Of a stretch of DNA of 64,000 nt, positions 29,046-38,634 are shown in pieces. Under the pieces are notes generated by a model. The model was not told the origin of the DNA. It saw nothing but the letters and a program-made list of their open reading frames with translations, and ran no database searches. Both the position numbers and the translations under genes were made by a program. Every line of letters begins with the position of its first letter. Positions within the stretch are counted from its first letter, which is position 1. The stretch comes from an uncultured Verrucomicrobiota bacterium (GTDB lineage: Bacteria > Verrucomicrobiota > Kiritimatiellia > PWTM01), in assembly GCA_964386675.1 (NCBI GenBank), contig CAYLTB010000001.1, forward strand, positions 2,353-66,352, written 5' to 3'.

Positions 29046-29875
29046 GCCGCCGCCTCGCCGTGCCAGAAGTCGTCGAAGATGAACCACTGATGCGGATGCG
29101 CGCCGATCGTCCGCTCGAGCGATTCGACGATGCGCCGCTGCAGGGCGGCGATGTCGCCGGTCTCCAAAGGATCAATGGCCGGGTCGAATTCCATGACGTA
29201 GTGGTCGTCCACGCCGCGCACCAGAAAAGCGGGAACAATACAGGCGCGCTGGCGCGCCGCCAACACGGCGGGGCCCCGGGGCAGATGGGCGGGCGCGCCG
29301 AAGAACGGCACTGGACGGGTGTGCGGCGAGAAATCCCGATCGGCCAGTAGCGCCACGACGCCCCCCCGCCGCAGCGTGTCCCGCAACCCTTCCGCCGCGT
29401 GGCCCAGGGGCAGCGCCGTGAAGCCCCGCGCGTTGCGCGTCCGCTCAAAGAGCCGTTCCAACCGCTGGCTGCCGAACGGACGGTAGGCCGTTGTCGCTCG
29501 ATAGCCCCACAAGGACAACATCAGGCCGCCCAGCTCCCAGTTGCCGAAGTGGGCGGAGACGATCACCACACCGCGGCCCCGCTTGAGCGCCGATTCGAAG
29601 CGATCCCAACCGGCGACCGTAACGCGGTTTTCGATTTCCGCCCGCGAGGCCAGCGAGTAACGGAAGAAATCCACGAGGTACTTTCCGAAATACTGGTAGG
29701 TCTTGCGAACCCGCCGCTGAATGAACGCCTCGGACGCCCGGATGCCCCGGAAACCATAGATCCGCCGCAGATTCGCCGCGACGTTAGCGCGACCCGTTTG
29801 ATCGCGCGCAAAGAACCGGTCCGCCAGCCGGAGGCCCAGCCAGTAGGCGAACGGCAACGGCAATCGGCGGCTCAA
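29042..29875 (-). CDS. lysophospholipid/lipid A acyltransferase (LpxL/HtrB family)
   Basis: VVIVSAHFGNWELGG contains the HX4D-type acyltransferase active-site context, and overall the LPLAT_LABLAT family is recognisable. It is translationally coupled to the GT2 gene. Confidence 0.7.
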   Translation of the reverse strand: MSRRLPLPFAYWLGLRLADRFFARDQTGRANVAANLRRIYGFRGIRASEAFIQRRVRKTYQYFGKYLVDFFRYSLASRAEIENRVTVAGWDRFESALKRGRGVVIVSAHFGNWELGGLMLSLWGYRATTAYRPFGSQRLERLFERTRNARGFTALPLGHAAEGLRDTLRRGGVVALLADRDFSPHTRPVPFFGAPAHLPRGPAVLAARQRACIVPAFLVRGVDDHYVMEFDPAIDPLETGDIAALQRRIVESLERTIGAHPHQWFIFDDFWHGEAAA

Positions 29876-30029
29876 TTGCGCCGCCAGCCAGTATGCTGTA
29901 AAGTTTTCTATGATGGCTCGGTTTCCCGCGCCGCCCCGGCGTCGCGGCGGATGTTAGCCGATCGCCGCCCCGGCGGCCACTCGCCATTCCGGGGCGTCGG
30001 CGCGCCGGACACCGGCGCGCATCTGCCTC

Positions 30030-31121
30030 CTAGCGCAACAGCACGGCGTCGTCCGGTTCCAACCACACACGCAACCGTTCGCCGCATCCCGCCGTTCGCG
30101 GATGCAGCTCGAAGACTTTCAGGCGGACCGCCGCGCCGACCGGCCGGCCTTCCGCTGTCAGCGGTTCGACGACATGCTGCGCGACTTCGCCGAGGTAGAC
30201 GCTTTCCCGGACGGCCGCTTCGAAGACATTCGGCCCGTCCGACGGCGGTGCGTCCAGCCGGAGGGCTTCCGGACGCAGCGAGAGGGTTGCGGCGGCGCCC
30301 GGGCCCAGCGTCTCGGGCAGCGGCGCGGCGCTCTCGACCGCGCCCCACGGCGCGCGCAGCCGGACCCGGCCGTCCGTCGCCGATTCCACTGTTACCGGAA
30401 CGAAATTCGTCTCGCCGATGAAACCGGCGACAAATCGGTTCGCGGGGCGCCGATACACCTCCAGCGGCGAGCCGCACTGCTCGATCCGGCCGGCATCGAG
30501 CACCGCCAGCCGGTCCGCGATCGAGAGCGCCTCTTTCTGGTCGTGCGTGACGTAGAGCGCCGTCAGGCCGGCCGCCTTGCAGATGCGGCGGATTTCGCCG
30601 CGCATCTCCAGCCGCAGCTTCGCGTCGAGGTTCGAGAGCGGCTCGTCGAGCAGCAGGCACTGCGGTTGCACGACGAGCGCGCGGGCGAGCGCGACACGCT
30701 GCTGCTGTCCGCCGGAAAGCTGGTTGGGCCGGTCGCCGCCCCGCTCCCGCATGCGCACCATGTCGAGCGCGGCGTCCACGCGGGCGCTAATCTCGGCGCG
30801 CGGAACCTTCCGTTGTTCAAGTCCGAAGGCGACGTTCTCACGGACGGTCAGGTGCGGCCAAAGCGCATAGCTCTGAAAGACCATGCCCGTGTCGCGCACG
30901 TGCGGCGGCAGGCGCGTGACGTCGCGATCGCCGATCCGGATGGCGCCGGAGTCGGGCTCGCAAAATCCGGCGATGCAGCGCAGGAGCGTCGTCTTGCCGC
31001 AGCCGCTGGGACCGAGCAGGAAGAACAACTCGCCCGGTGCGATCTCGAGGTCAATGCCGTCGAGAACGCGCACGGCGCCGAAGGTCTTGATGATTCCGCG
31101 GATATGGACGGCCACGGCCAT
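30030..31121 (-). CDS. ABC transporter ATP-binding protein (PotA/FbpC/ModC-like, with C-terminal TOBE domain)
   Basis: Walker [25 protein letters not shown] and Walker B LLLDEPLSNLD are present. The C-terminal ~120 aa look like a TOBE/MOP fold. The ORF extends to 31196, and the start could be at 31196 or 31121. Confidence 0.8.
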   Translation of the reverse strand: MAVAVHIRGIIKTFGAVRVLDGIDLEIAPGELFFLLGPSGCGKTTLLRCIAGFCEPDSGAIRIGDRDVTRLPPHVRDTGMVFQSYALWPHLTVRENVAFGLEQRKVPRAEISARVDAALDMVRMRERGGDRPNQLSGGQQQRVALARALVVQPQCLLLDEPLSNLDAKLRLEMRGEIRRICKAAGLTALYVTHDQKEALSIADRLAVLDAGRIEQCGSPLEVYRRPANRFVAGFIGETNFVPVTVESATDGRVRLRAPWGAVESAAPLPETLGPGAAATLSLRPEALRLDAPPSDGPNVFEAAVRESVYLGEVAQHVVEPLTAEGRPVGAAVRLKVFELHPRTAGCGERLRVWLEPDDAVLLR

Positions 31122-31208
31122 GGGCGCGTTGTTTCCCGGGACCCGTTCGGCGGGTCGCTCGGCTGGGACTATAGGCGACTCGCGCGCGCGACGCAATGCG
31201 CGGCGCGT

Positions 31209-32576
31209 TCAGCCGGACGCCGGCAGTTCGGACGGCGGAATCGCGATATCCCCCGCATCGTCGAGCGCGTAACCCTGCCGCCGGACAATCTCGGGACCGG
31301 GCGCAAAATCGTCTCCCACCGCGCGCAGCCGTGCCGCCAGCCGGGCGTCCAGGCGGGCGATCAGCGGCGCTTGCGCGGGGTCGGCGATCAGATTGCGCTG
31401 CTGCCAGGGGTCGGCCGGATTGTCGTACAGCAGCCAGGGGCCTGCCAGCGAGCGTGCGTAGGTGTGGCGTTCATTGTGCAGCCCGCGGTATTCGCGTCCG
31501 CCGTTTGCGTAGCTCCATTCGTGGAACGGCACATAGAGGGCCAGCAGCGCTTCCGTGACGGGCGAGGGGGCGCCTTCCAGGATCGTGCGGCTGAAATCCC
31601 GGCCCTGAACCGTGTCGGGAACCGGCGCGCCGCAGAGCGCCAGCAAGGTCGGCATCAGATCCGGCGCGTCCACCGGCGAGGAGTCGGTCCGGCCGGTGAC
31701 GCCTTCGGGATGCGCCACGAGCAGGGGAATGCGGATGGACTCGGCCCAGGGCTTCTGTTTCCGGAACTGGCCCTGGCTGCCGAGCATGTCGCCGTGGTCG
31801 GACGTGAACACCACGATGGTGTCCCGATCGCGGCCGCTCGCGGCGAGGGTTTCGAGCAGCCTTCCGAACGCCGCGTCCAGCGCCGAGCCGTGCGCGTAGT
31901 AGCCCGCCAGCTGCCGGCGCGCCTCCTCCGCGGCCGAGTCCGGCACGTTGGGGGGCAGGCGGAGCCGCCGCGGATCGTGCAGGGACGCGTACGGCTCCGG
32001 CGCGCCGCCATAAGGGGAGTGCGGCGGTCCCCAGGAGAGAAACAGCGCGAAGGGCCTGTCGCCGGTCGCCTCCCGCAGGTAGCGGCAGGCCTCATCCGTC
32101 TGCGCGTCGGCGTCGTATCCCGCCCAGCGGCGGGGCCGGGGGTCGTCGCCGAAGTAGTAGTGGGATTCGCGGTAATGATGCGAGCACTCGAATCCCTTCC
32201 ACCAGTCGAAACCAAGCCGCCGCTCGGGCGGCACGAACGCCTTCCGCCCATGCCCGTCCAGGTGCCACTTGCCGATGTAGGCGGTGCGGTAGCCGGCGGC
32301 GCGCAGGCTGTCGCCCAGGTAGGGTCCCGCGTACCGCTCGCGCAGGCACTGGTCGTTGACCATTATGCCATGCCGGATCGGATATACGCCGGTCATCAGC
32401 GAAGCCCGGTACGGACTGCACACCGGACAGCCGGAAACCGCATTCGTGAAATTCAGGCTCCGCGCCGCGAAGGCGTCCAGGTGCGGCGTCACGGCGTTCG
32501 GGTCGCCCGCGTATCCGAACGCCTGCGCACGCCACTGGTCGGCAAAGACGAAGAGCAGATTGTAGTGGTCAGCCAT
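31209..32576 (-). CDS. sulfatase (formylglycine-dependent arylsulfatase family)
   Basis: NLLFVFADQWRAQAFGYAGD... carries the CSPYRASLMTG sulfatase signature (C-x-P-x-R) and GKWHLD. The start is chosen at MADHYNL at 32576 (the ORF extends to 32672). No signal peptide is evident. Confidence 0.8.
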   Translation of the reverse strand: MADHYNLLFVFADQWRAQAFGYAGDPNAVTPHLDAFAARSLNFTNAVSGCPVCSPYRASLMTGVYPIRHGIMVNDQCLRERYAGPYLGDSLRAAGYRTAYIGKWHLDGHGRKAFVPPERRLGFDWWKGFECSHHYRESHYYFGDDPRPRRWAGYDADAQTDEACRYLREATGDRPFALFLSWGPPHSPYGGAPEPYASLHDPRRLRLPPNVPDSAAEEARRQLAGYYAHGSALDAAFGRLLETLAASGRDRDTIVVFTSDHGDMLGSQGQFRKQKPWAESIRIPLLVAHPEGVTGRTDSSPVDAPDLMPTLLALCGAPVPDTVQGRDFSRTILEGAPSPVTEALLALYVPFHEWSYANGGREYRGLHNERHTYARSLAGPWLLYDNPADPWQQRNLIADPAQAPLIARLDARLAARLRAVGDDFAPGPEIVRRQGYALDDAGDIAIPPSELPASG

Positions 32577-33297
32577 GGATATCGTACGGCCCGCCGGCGG
32601 TGCCGACACGTTCCCGCGACGTCGTCTGCCCGTCAATAAAATATCGGGTTCGCCGCTCTCTTTTTTCAACATTTCCCCGGCATCGGCGAGACCGTTGACT
32701 CAAGCCGCCGCCGGCACACGTCGCGCCATTCCGGCCATCGTGGCCGGACGTCGCTCCCGAAACACGTCGAAAGAATGCGAAGAGAACGCCGGAAGCCGCA
32801 GACGTAACGTCGAATCGCCGCTGTTGGGAGTCGGTGTTGTTCCGGCACGGCGATATCTGTCGGCGGATCGTTCGCCGACGCACGTTGGAATATCGGGCCG
32901 ACACGCGGGCCGGTTTTTCGGAAGCATCGCCGACGCGCGACCGCAGCATGACCCGGCCCATGCCGGATGTTGAATGGCAACGTTATCGTTCCGCCCTCCA
33001 TCCCCGGCGCCGCTCCGGGCTCGATGTCCATGGGGGGCGCTCGGAGGAGTTGCCCAGGCTGCGCGTCTGGGCTGAAGAGTGGTCGTCACATCCGGCGCCC
33101 GCGTTGCAGCCGGAACGTCGGTGGAACCGCCGGTGGAATGGCAATGGCGGGTGTTGCGACTTTCCCGAAAAGCGACGGGACTGCCGGGACCACCTTCGAT
33201 CCTTCAGCTGCCGCTGTCGGCGGGCCGGCACCGCAATCCGCTTGTCAATACGGCGGCAGGGACGCATCCTGCGCACGTCCGGCGGAGACCCGCCATC

Positions 33298-35355
33298 ATG
33301 AACGACGATCCGAAAGACCTGCTGCTGGGACCGTATGCGACCCGCGTGACGGAGCGTTCCGCGGTCGTCCTGTGGCTGCCGCACGCCGGCGCGGCATCGC
33401 CCGGCCGGCTGTTCTATCGCCCGGCGCCCGGCGCGGCTTTGCGCGAGGCGCCGACGCGTCCGATCGCCTTTCCGCCCGGGCCGGAGACGCTGCGCGCGGC
33501 GGACGTGACCGGACTCGCACCCCACGCGCCGATCGAGTACGAACTTGAGATCGGCGGTGAACGCGTTTTCGGCTCGTTCTCCACGCCGCCGCCGACCGGC
33601 GCGCGCACGCCGTTCCGGTTCGTCATGTATGGCGACAATCGCTCCGGCCCGGAACGGCATCGGGAGGTGTTGGAAGGCGCCCGGCGCGACTTGCCGTACG
33701 TCTTTATCACCAACACCGGAGACCTCACCGCCAACGCCGCCTCCTGGCGGCAGTGGCGCTCGGAGTTTTTCGGCCCCGGCCGCGAGTTGTTTCGCCGCAC
33801 CGCCGTCTGGCCGGTGCGCGGCAACCATGAAGTGGATGCGATTCTCCTGCGCGCCTTCTTCGACCTGCCGGGACCGGAATGCTACTACAGCGTGGACGTC
33901 GGCAATCTGCACTACGTGGTGCTCGACTCCGAATTGCTCGACTTCGATCATGACCCGGCCGCCCACGCCCGGATGTGCGAATGGCTCGAACGCGACTTGT
34001 CCGCCACGCACGCCGACTGGATCATCAGCGCCAGCCATGTTCCGATCTTCAACATCGGCGGCGACGGCGCCGCCTGGGGCCGCGCCGACGTCCTCGATAT
34101 CCTTGAACGGCACGGCGGCGACATCCATATCAGCAGCCACTCGCACCTCTACGAGCGCTTCCGGCCCATCGGCCCGGCCGGCGGCAAGCCGATCATCCAT
34201 CTGGTCAGCGGCGGCGGCGGCGGGCCCGCCTACGAGCTGCGGCCCAGTCCGATCCTCGCGAAGAACTACTCGGGCCTGCATTACTGTTTCTTCGAGGCCG
34301 ATGGACTCCGTCTGGACATGACCGTGAAGGCGCCCGACGGCACGGTCGTGGACCGGCTGACGCTTGAAAAGCGCGACGGCCGCTTTGCGCCGGACCTGAT
34401 GCGCGATGCGCTGACCACCGCAGAGGCCGCCGACCTCGCTTATGTCGAATCCGTACGCCTTCGCGTGGACTACCTCGAAACGCCGGCGCCGGGGCGCGAG
34501 TGCCGCGTGGCCCTCCGGGCCCACGAGCGATTGCCGGCCGAGGCGTGGGTGCGGCTGGAGTCCGCCGCCGACGGCGGTTGGGCGGTCCCGCCCTCGGAAT
34601 TCGAAGCGGGCCGGCAGCCGTTCGAGCTTGCCGTGCGCGCGCCGGACAACCTGGAAGTGCGTTCCGGATTCGTGCGCCCCCCGCTGCGACTGCGGCGAAC
34701 CGTCGTGTTGCGCGGAATCGCTTATGCCGGCGGCGACGTCGCGCCATCGCTGACGGAGGCCTCCATCCGCCGGTTCATCCCGGACCCGGTCCGCGTGCCG
34801 GTGCCTCGGGCGCCGGCGGGCTGGTGCGTGGACGGCCGTCTGGAAAAGTGGCGCGCCATCCCGCCCGTCTCGCGCGCCGGCGGTCCGCCGAGCCGCGCGG
34901 TTCGGCTGGCGTGGGACGAAAGCGGGCTGTACGGCGCATTTTGGGACGCCGCGCCGCCGGGTGCGCCGCGCGGGGAGTACCTGGAATTCTATGTGGAGTC
35001 CGATTTCGGCCGGGCGCTGAGCTGTCATCGGACCCCGTGGGCGTCGAGTTTCCGCTTCTCCCCCGACCGTGCCGCGGGGCCCGGACCGGCGAACGCATCC
35101 TCCGGGTATGGTCCCTTGCGGCACCGACCCCGCGAGATCGCCGCGCGGTGGGACTTTGTGGACGGCGCCGCGGCGGTCGAGTTCCGGATTCCGGCCGTCG
35201 CGCTGGGGCCGGATCCGCTCGCGCCGGGCCGCGTGCTGGGGCTGCATTACCGGCTGTGGGCCGGAAATACGATGCTGGAAGAGTACCTCGACACCGAGGG
35301 CAAATCCGCCGTATGGATGACGCCGCTATATTGGGGCGCGGTGCGCCTGGCGTGA
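33298..35355 (+). CDS. metallophosphoesterase (purple acid phosphatase-like) with extra C-terminal domains
   Basis: The N-terminus has a PAP-like Ig/Fn segment (RVTERSAVVLW). Metallophos motifs are present (FVMYGDNR, GDLTANAASW, GNHE). Another ~330 aa follow at the C-terminus. Confidence 0.75.
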   Translation: MNDDPKDLLLGPYATRVTERSAVVLWLPHAGAASPGRLFYRPAPGAALREAPTRPIAFPPGPETLRAADVTGLAPHAPIEYELEIGGERVFGSFSTPPPTGARTPFRFVMYGDNRSGPERHREVLEGARRDLPYVFITNTGDLTANAASWRQWRSEFFGPGRELFRRTAVWPVRGNHEVDAILLRAFFDLPGPECYYSVDVGNLHYVVLDSELLDFDHDPAAHARMCEWLERDLSATHADWIISASHVPIFNIGGDGAAWGRADVLDILERHGGDIHISSHSHLYERFRPIGPAGGKPIIHLVSGGGGGPAYELRPSPILAKNYSGLHYCFFEADGLRLDMTVKAPDGTVVDRLTLEKRDGRFAPDLMRDALTTAEAADLAYVESVRLRVDYLETPAPGRECRVALRAHERLPAEAWVRLESAADGGWAVPPSEFEAGRQPFELAVRAPDNLEVRSGFVRPPLRLRRTVVLRGIAYAGGDVAPSLTEASIRRFIPDPVRVPVPRAPAGWCVDGRLEKWRAIPPVSRAGGPPSRAVRLAWDESGLYGAFWDAAPPGAPRGEYLEFYVESDFGRALSCHRTPWASSFRFSPDRAAGPGPANASSGYGPLRHRPREIAARWDFVDGAAAVEFRIPAVALGPDPLAPGRVLGLHYRLWAGNTMLEEYLDTEGKSAVWMTPLYWGAVRLA

Positions 35356-35383
35356 TCACCGGGGGCGCTGCGCGCCGCGCCGT

Positions 35384-35429
35384 TTCCAAGCCTTGGAAAA
35401 TGGCGGCGATTTTCTTCCAAGCTTTGGAA
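35384..35429. repeat. tandem pair of 15-bp palindromes TTCCAAGCCTTGGAA / TTCCAAGCTTTGGAA, 16-nt spacer
   Basis: Copy 1 is at 35384-35398 (7-bp arms) and copy 2 at 35415-35429 (6-bp arms). Copy 2 is nested in a larger hairpin whose stems are AATGGCGG (35399-35406) and CCGCCATT (35430-35437). The element lies between the convergent 3' ends of the phosphoesterase and gspF genes. The same element recurs at 55769-55814. Confidence 0.7.
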
Positions 35430-35523
35430 CCGCCATTGCCCCATCCGCCCGCGATCGGCGGCCCGCCGGTCGCCGATCGCCCGGCCTCAAGCGTCGATCG
35501 CCGCGCCTCCCGCCGCGTCCCGT

Positions 35524-36837
35524 TCAGTTCGTCTTGAGGCCGCTGGTCAGGTCGAATACGGCGGTCAGCATGCTGATGGCGACGAAGCCGACGAACACCG
35601 CGACCAGCAGGATGAGGACCGGCTCGATCAGCGTCGTGAGCACGCGAACTCGGCGCTCCAGCTCGGCATCGTACCGGCGCGCAATGCGTTCGAGCGCGCC
35701 GACGACGTCGCCGCTCTCCTCGCCCACGGTCAGCATGTCGGTCAGCAGCGGCGGGAAGATGCCGCCGGCGGTCAGCGGCCCGGAGATCGAGGCGCCGTCG
35801 GTCACGCGCTCGCGCGCGTCCTTCACGGCATCTGCGATGATGCGGTTGCCGAGGGTGGATTCGACGATGGCCAGGGCGCGCAGCACGGGCACGCCATTGG
35901 CCAGCAGCGCGCCGAGGGTCCGGGCGAATTGTCCGAAGGCCGCGGCCTGAACGACGGGTCGAAACAACGGCAGCCGCAGCAGGGCGCGGTCGCGCCACCG
36001 GGCGCCGGCGGGGGTCCGCAGCATGCGGCGCGCGGCCGGCACGGCGACCGCGAGGGCGATGGCCATCCACCAGCCGTGCCGCGCGAGCGCGCGGCTGACG
36101 GCGATCAGGGCGCGCGTCGAAGCCGGCAGCGCGCTGCCGAGCTCGGCGAAAATGGCCGTGAAGCGCGGCACGACGAAAATCAGCGTGAAAACCAGCGTCG
36201 CGGCGCCGACGAGCAACACGAAAAGCGGATACGCCAGCGCCGTGACCGCGCGTTCGCGCGCGGCGGCGACGCGCTCATAGTGCTCGGCCAGACGCGACAG
36301 CGTCTCGCCCAGCCGGCCGCTCTCCTCGCCGGCGCGGACCATTGAGGCGAAGAGCGGTGGGAAGATGGCGGGTCGGCGTTCGAGCGATTCGGAGAGGCTC
36401 GCACCGCGGACGATTTCATCGCGCAGTTCCTCAAACAGCGTCGAGCGCGCGCGGTCTTCACGACGCTGGGCCAGCGTGTGCAGGGCGCGGCCGAGCGTCA
36501 TGCCCGCGCCGAGCAGGTCGCTGATTTCGCGCGTAATCATGGAAAGTTCGCCCGGTTTCAGGCGGCGGCCTCCGCGCACGACGGCCCCGTCGCCGGGCCG
36601 CGCGGCCGCCGTTCGGGGCGCCGCCGGCAGTCCGGCCGCGCGGGCAGACAGGGCGGCGGGCGTGCCCGCGGGGGCGGCCGAGGCGGTCGTTGCGCCGACG
36701 GACGATTCGCGGATGTCGATCGGCGCCAGGCCCCCGCTCTGCAGGCGGCGCAGCGCGGCAGCGCGGTCGGGGACCTCGAGCACGCCCTCCACCCGCTCGC
36801 CGGTGCGCGACCGGGCGCTGTAGCGAAAGCGCGGCAC
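35524..36837 (-). CDS. gspF: type II secretion / type IV pilus inner-membrane platform protein (GspF/PilC family)
   Basis: Two T2SSF repeats and the N-terminal consensus (ERVEGVLEVPDRAAALRRLQSGGLAPIDI) are present. The GTG start at 36837 lies 2 nt after the gspE stop. The ORF extends to 36924. Confidence 0.8.
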   Translation of the reverse strand: MPRFRYSARSRTGERVEGVLEVPDRAAALRRLQSGGLAPIDIRESSVGATTASAAPAGTPAALSARAAGLPAAPRTAAARPGDGAVVRGGRRLKPGELSMITREISDLLGAGMTLGRALHTLAQRREDRARSTLFEELRDEIVRGASLSESLERRPAIFPPLFASMVRAGEESGRLGETLSRLAEHYERVAAARERAVTALAYPLFVLLVGAATLVFTLIFVVPRFTAIFAELGSALPASTRALIAVSRALARHGWWMAIALAVAVPAARRMLRTPAGARWRDRALLRLPLFRPVVQAAAFGQFARTLGALLANGVPVLRALAIVESTLGNRIIADAVKDARERVTDGASISGPLTAGGIFPPLLTDMLTVGEESGDVVGALERIARRYDAELERRVRVLTTLIEPVLILLVAVFVGFVAISMLTAVFDLTSGLKTN

Positions 36838-36839
36838 GC

Positions 36840-38558
36840 TCAGGTCTCCGTCAACGCCTCGTCTTCTTCGGAGACGCGGAGCACTTCCTCGATCGTCGTG
36901 ACCCCGTCCAACACCTTGCTCCACCCGTCGTGCCGCAGCGTGCGCAGGCCGTGCCGGAGGGCTTCCGCTTTGATCGCGTTGCTGGAGGCGCGGGCGACGA
37001 CCAGGGCGCGGACCGCGTCGTTGACCGTGAGTATTTCGTAGACGCCGGTGCGGCCGCGGTAGCCGGTGCCGCGGCAGGCCTCGCAGCCGGCCGCTTCGTA
37101 GATCGTCCGGCCAGTCAAGCGCGCCCGGGGGAACCCGACTTTTTCGAGCAGCGCGTCATCCGGCATCCAGGGGCGCCGGCAGGCGGCGCAGAGACGGCGC
37201 ACCAGCCGCTGCGCGACGATGGCCTCGATGGACGACGCCACGAGAAACGGTTCGATGCCCATGTCCACCAGGCGCGTCACGGCGCCGGCCGAGTCGTTCG
37301 TGTGCAGCGTGCTGAAGACGAGATGGCCGGTCAGCGCGGCGCGGATCGCGATCTCCGCGGTTTCCTTGTCGCGAATTTCGCCGACCATGATGATGTCCGG
37401 GTCTTGCCGGAGGATATGCCGGAGGCCCACGGCGAAGGTGAAGCCGATCTCGGGCTTGACCTGGATCTGGTTGATGCCGGGCATTTCGTACTCGATCGGC
37501 TCCTCGATGGTCAGGATGCGCTTGTCCACCGAGTTGATGGTGTGGAGCCAGGCATAGAGCGACGTGGACTTGCCGGAACCGGTGGGGCCGGTCACCAGCA
37601 GGATGCCGTGCGGCCGGCTGATCAAGCGCTTCAACAGCGCCTCGTCCTCGGCGCAGAGCCCCAGTTTGTCCATTCCGAGCAGCCCGCTGCGCCGCAGCAG
37701 GAGGCGCAGACTGACGCTCTCGCCGTACACGGTCGGCATCGTCGAGACGCGTACGTCGAGATCCTCGCCGCGGATGCGCAGTCCGATGCGGCCGTCCTGC
37801 GGCAGGCGTTTTTCGGCAATGTCCATGCCGGCCATGACTTTGACGCGGGAGATGATCGCCGACTGAAACCGCTTCAACTGGGCCGGAACGGGCGTCGGAT
37901 GAAGCACGCCGTCAATCCGGTACCGCACGCGCAGGTCGTTTTCCTGCGGCTCCAGGTGGATGTCCGTGGCGCCGTCCTGGTAGGCTTCCCAGACGATCTG
38001 GTTGACGAACTTGACGACGGACGCCTCCTGGTCGAGATCGTCAATGTTCTTGTTGAACAGCTCCGCCTCCGGCGCGATTTCGAGCGGCTGCGCCTGGTCC
38101 TGGATGATGGCGTCCAGCGTGTCGGCGCCGACGCCGTAGAGCCGCTTCGCGGCTTTGGCAATCTCGGCGGCCGCGGCGAGGGCGAATCGAACCTCGCGGC
38201 CGCCGGCCAGCCGCAGCGCATCGGCGAGGCCGGGCCGGAACGGGTCCGCCACGACGACGCGCAACGCGTCCTCCTCGATGGCGACGGGGACGACGTTGAA
38301 GTGAAACACGGTTTGGGTCGGCAGCAGCGCCAGCGTTTCGCGGCTGGGACGGATCTCCTCGGCGCGGAAAAAGGGAATTCCCATGGCCGCGGCGAGGCCG
38401 CGGAGGAAGTCCTCCTCCGGCGCGAAAGGACTTCGGACGACCGTCTCGACGACGGTCTGTCCCTTCGCGCGCGCCAACTGCAGAATCTCCTCCGCCCGCG
38501 CCCGGTCGAAGAGTCCCGTTGCCGCCAAAAGTTCCGCCGGTCGTGGTCTGCCAGGCAT
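36840..38558 (-). CDS. gspE: type II secretion / type IV pilus assembly ATPase (GspE/PilB/MshE family)
   Basis: A T2SE N-terminal domain is followed by a RecA-like ATPase with Walker A GPTGSGKST, Asp box, Walker B and tetracysteine-like CAAC...C motif. The ATG at 38558 (MPGRPRPAELLAATGLF) was chosen within ORF 36840..38723. Confidence 0.85.
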   Translation of the reverse strand: MPGRPRPAELLAATGLFDRARAEEILQLARAKGQTVVETVVRSPFAPEEDFLRGLAAAMGIPFFRAEEIRPSRETLALLPTQTVFHFNVVPVAIEEDALRVVVADPFRPGLADALRLAGGREVRFALAAAAEIAKAAKRLYGVGADTLDAIIQDQAQPLEIAPEAELFNKNIDDLDQEASVVKFVNQIVWEAYQDGATDIHLEPQENDLRVRYRIDGVLHPTPVPAQLKRFQSAIISRVKVMAGMDIAEKRLPQDGRIGLRIRGEDLDVRVSTMPTVYGESVSLRLLLRRSGLLGMDKLGLCAEDEALLKRLISRPHGILLVTGPTGSGKSTSLYAWLHTINSVDKRILTIEEPIEYEMPGINQIQVKPEIGFTFAVGLRHILRQDPDIIMVGEIRDKETAEIAIRAALTGHLVFSTLHTNDSAGAVTRLVDMGIEPFLVASSIEAIVAQRLVRRLCAACRRPWMPDDALLEKVGFPRARLTGRTIYEAAGCEACRGTGYRGRTGVYEILTVNDAVRALVVARASSNAIKAEALRHGLRTLRHDGWSKVLDGVTTIEEVLRVSEEDEALTET

Positions 38559-38634
38559 GGACGCTGTCCCCGGGGAAAACATACCGGATTCCCGCCGCCT
38601 ACGGTAGCGCGAAAAGGAACTTCCGGCGGTGGGT

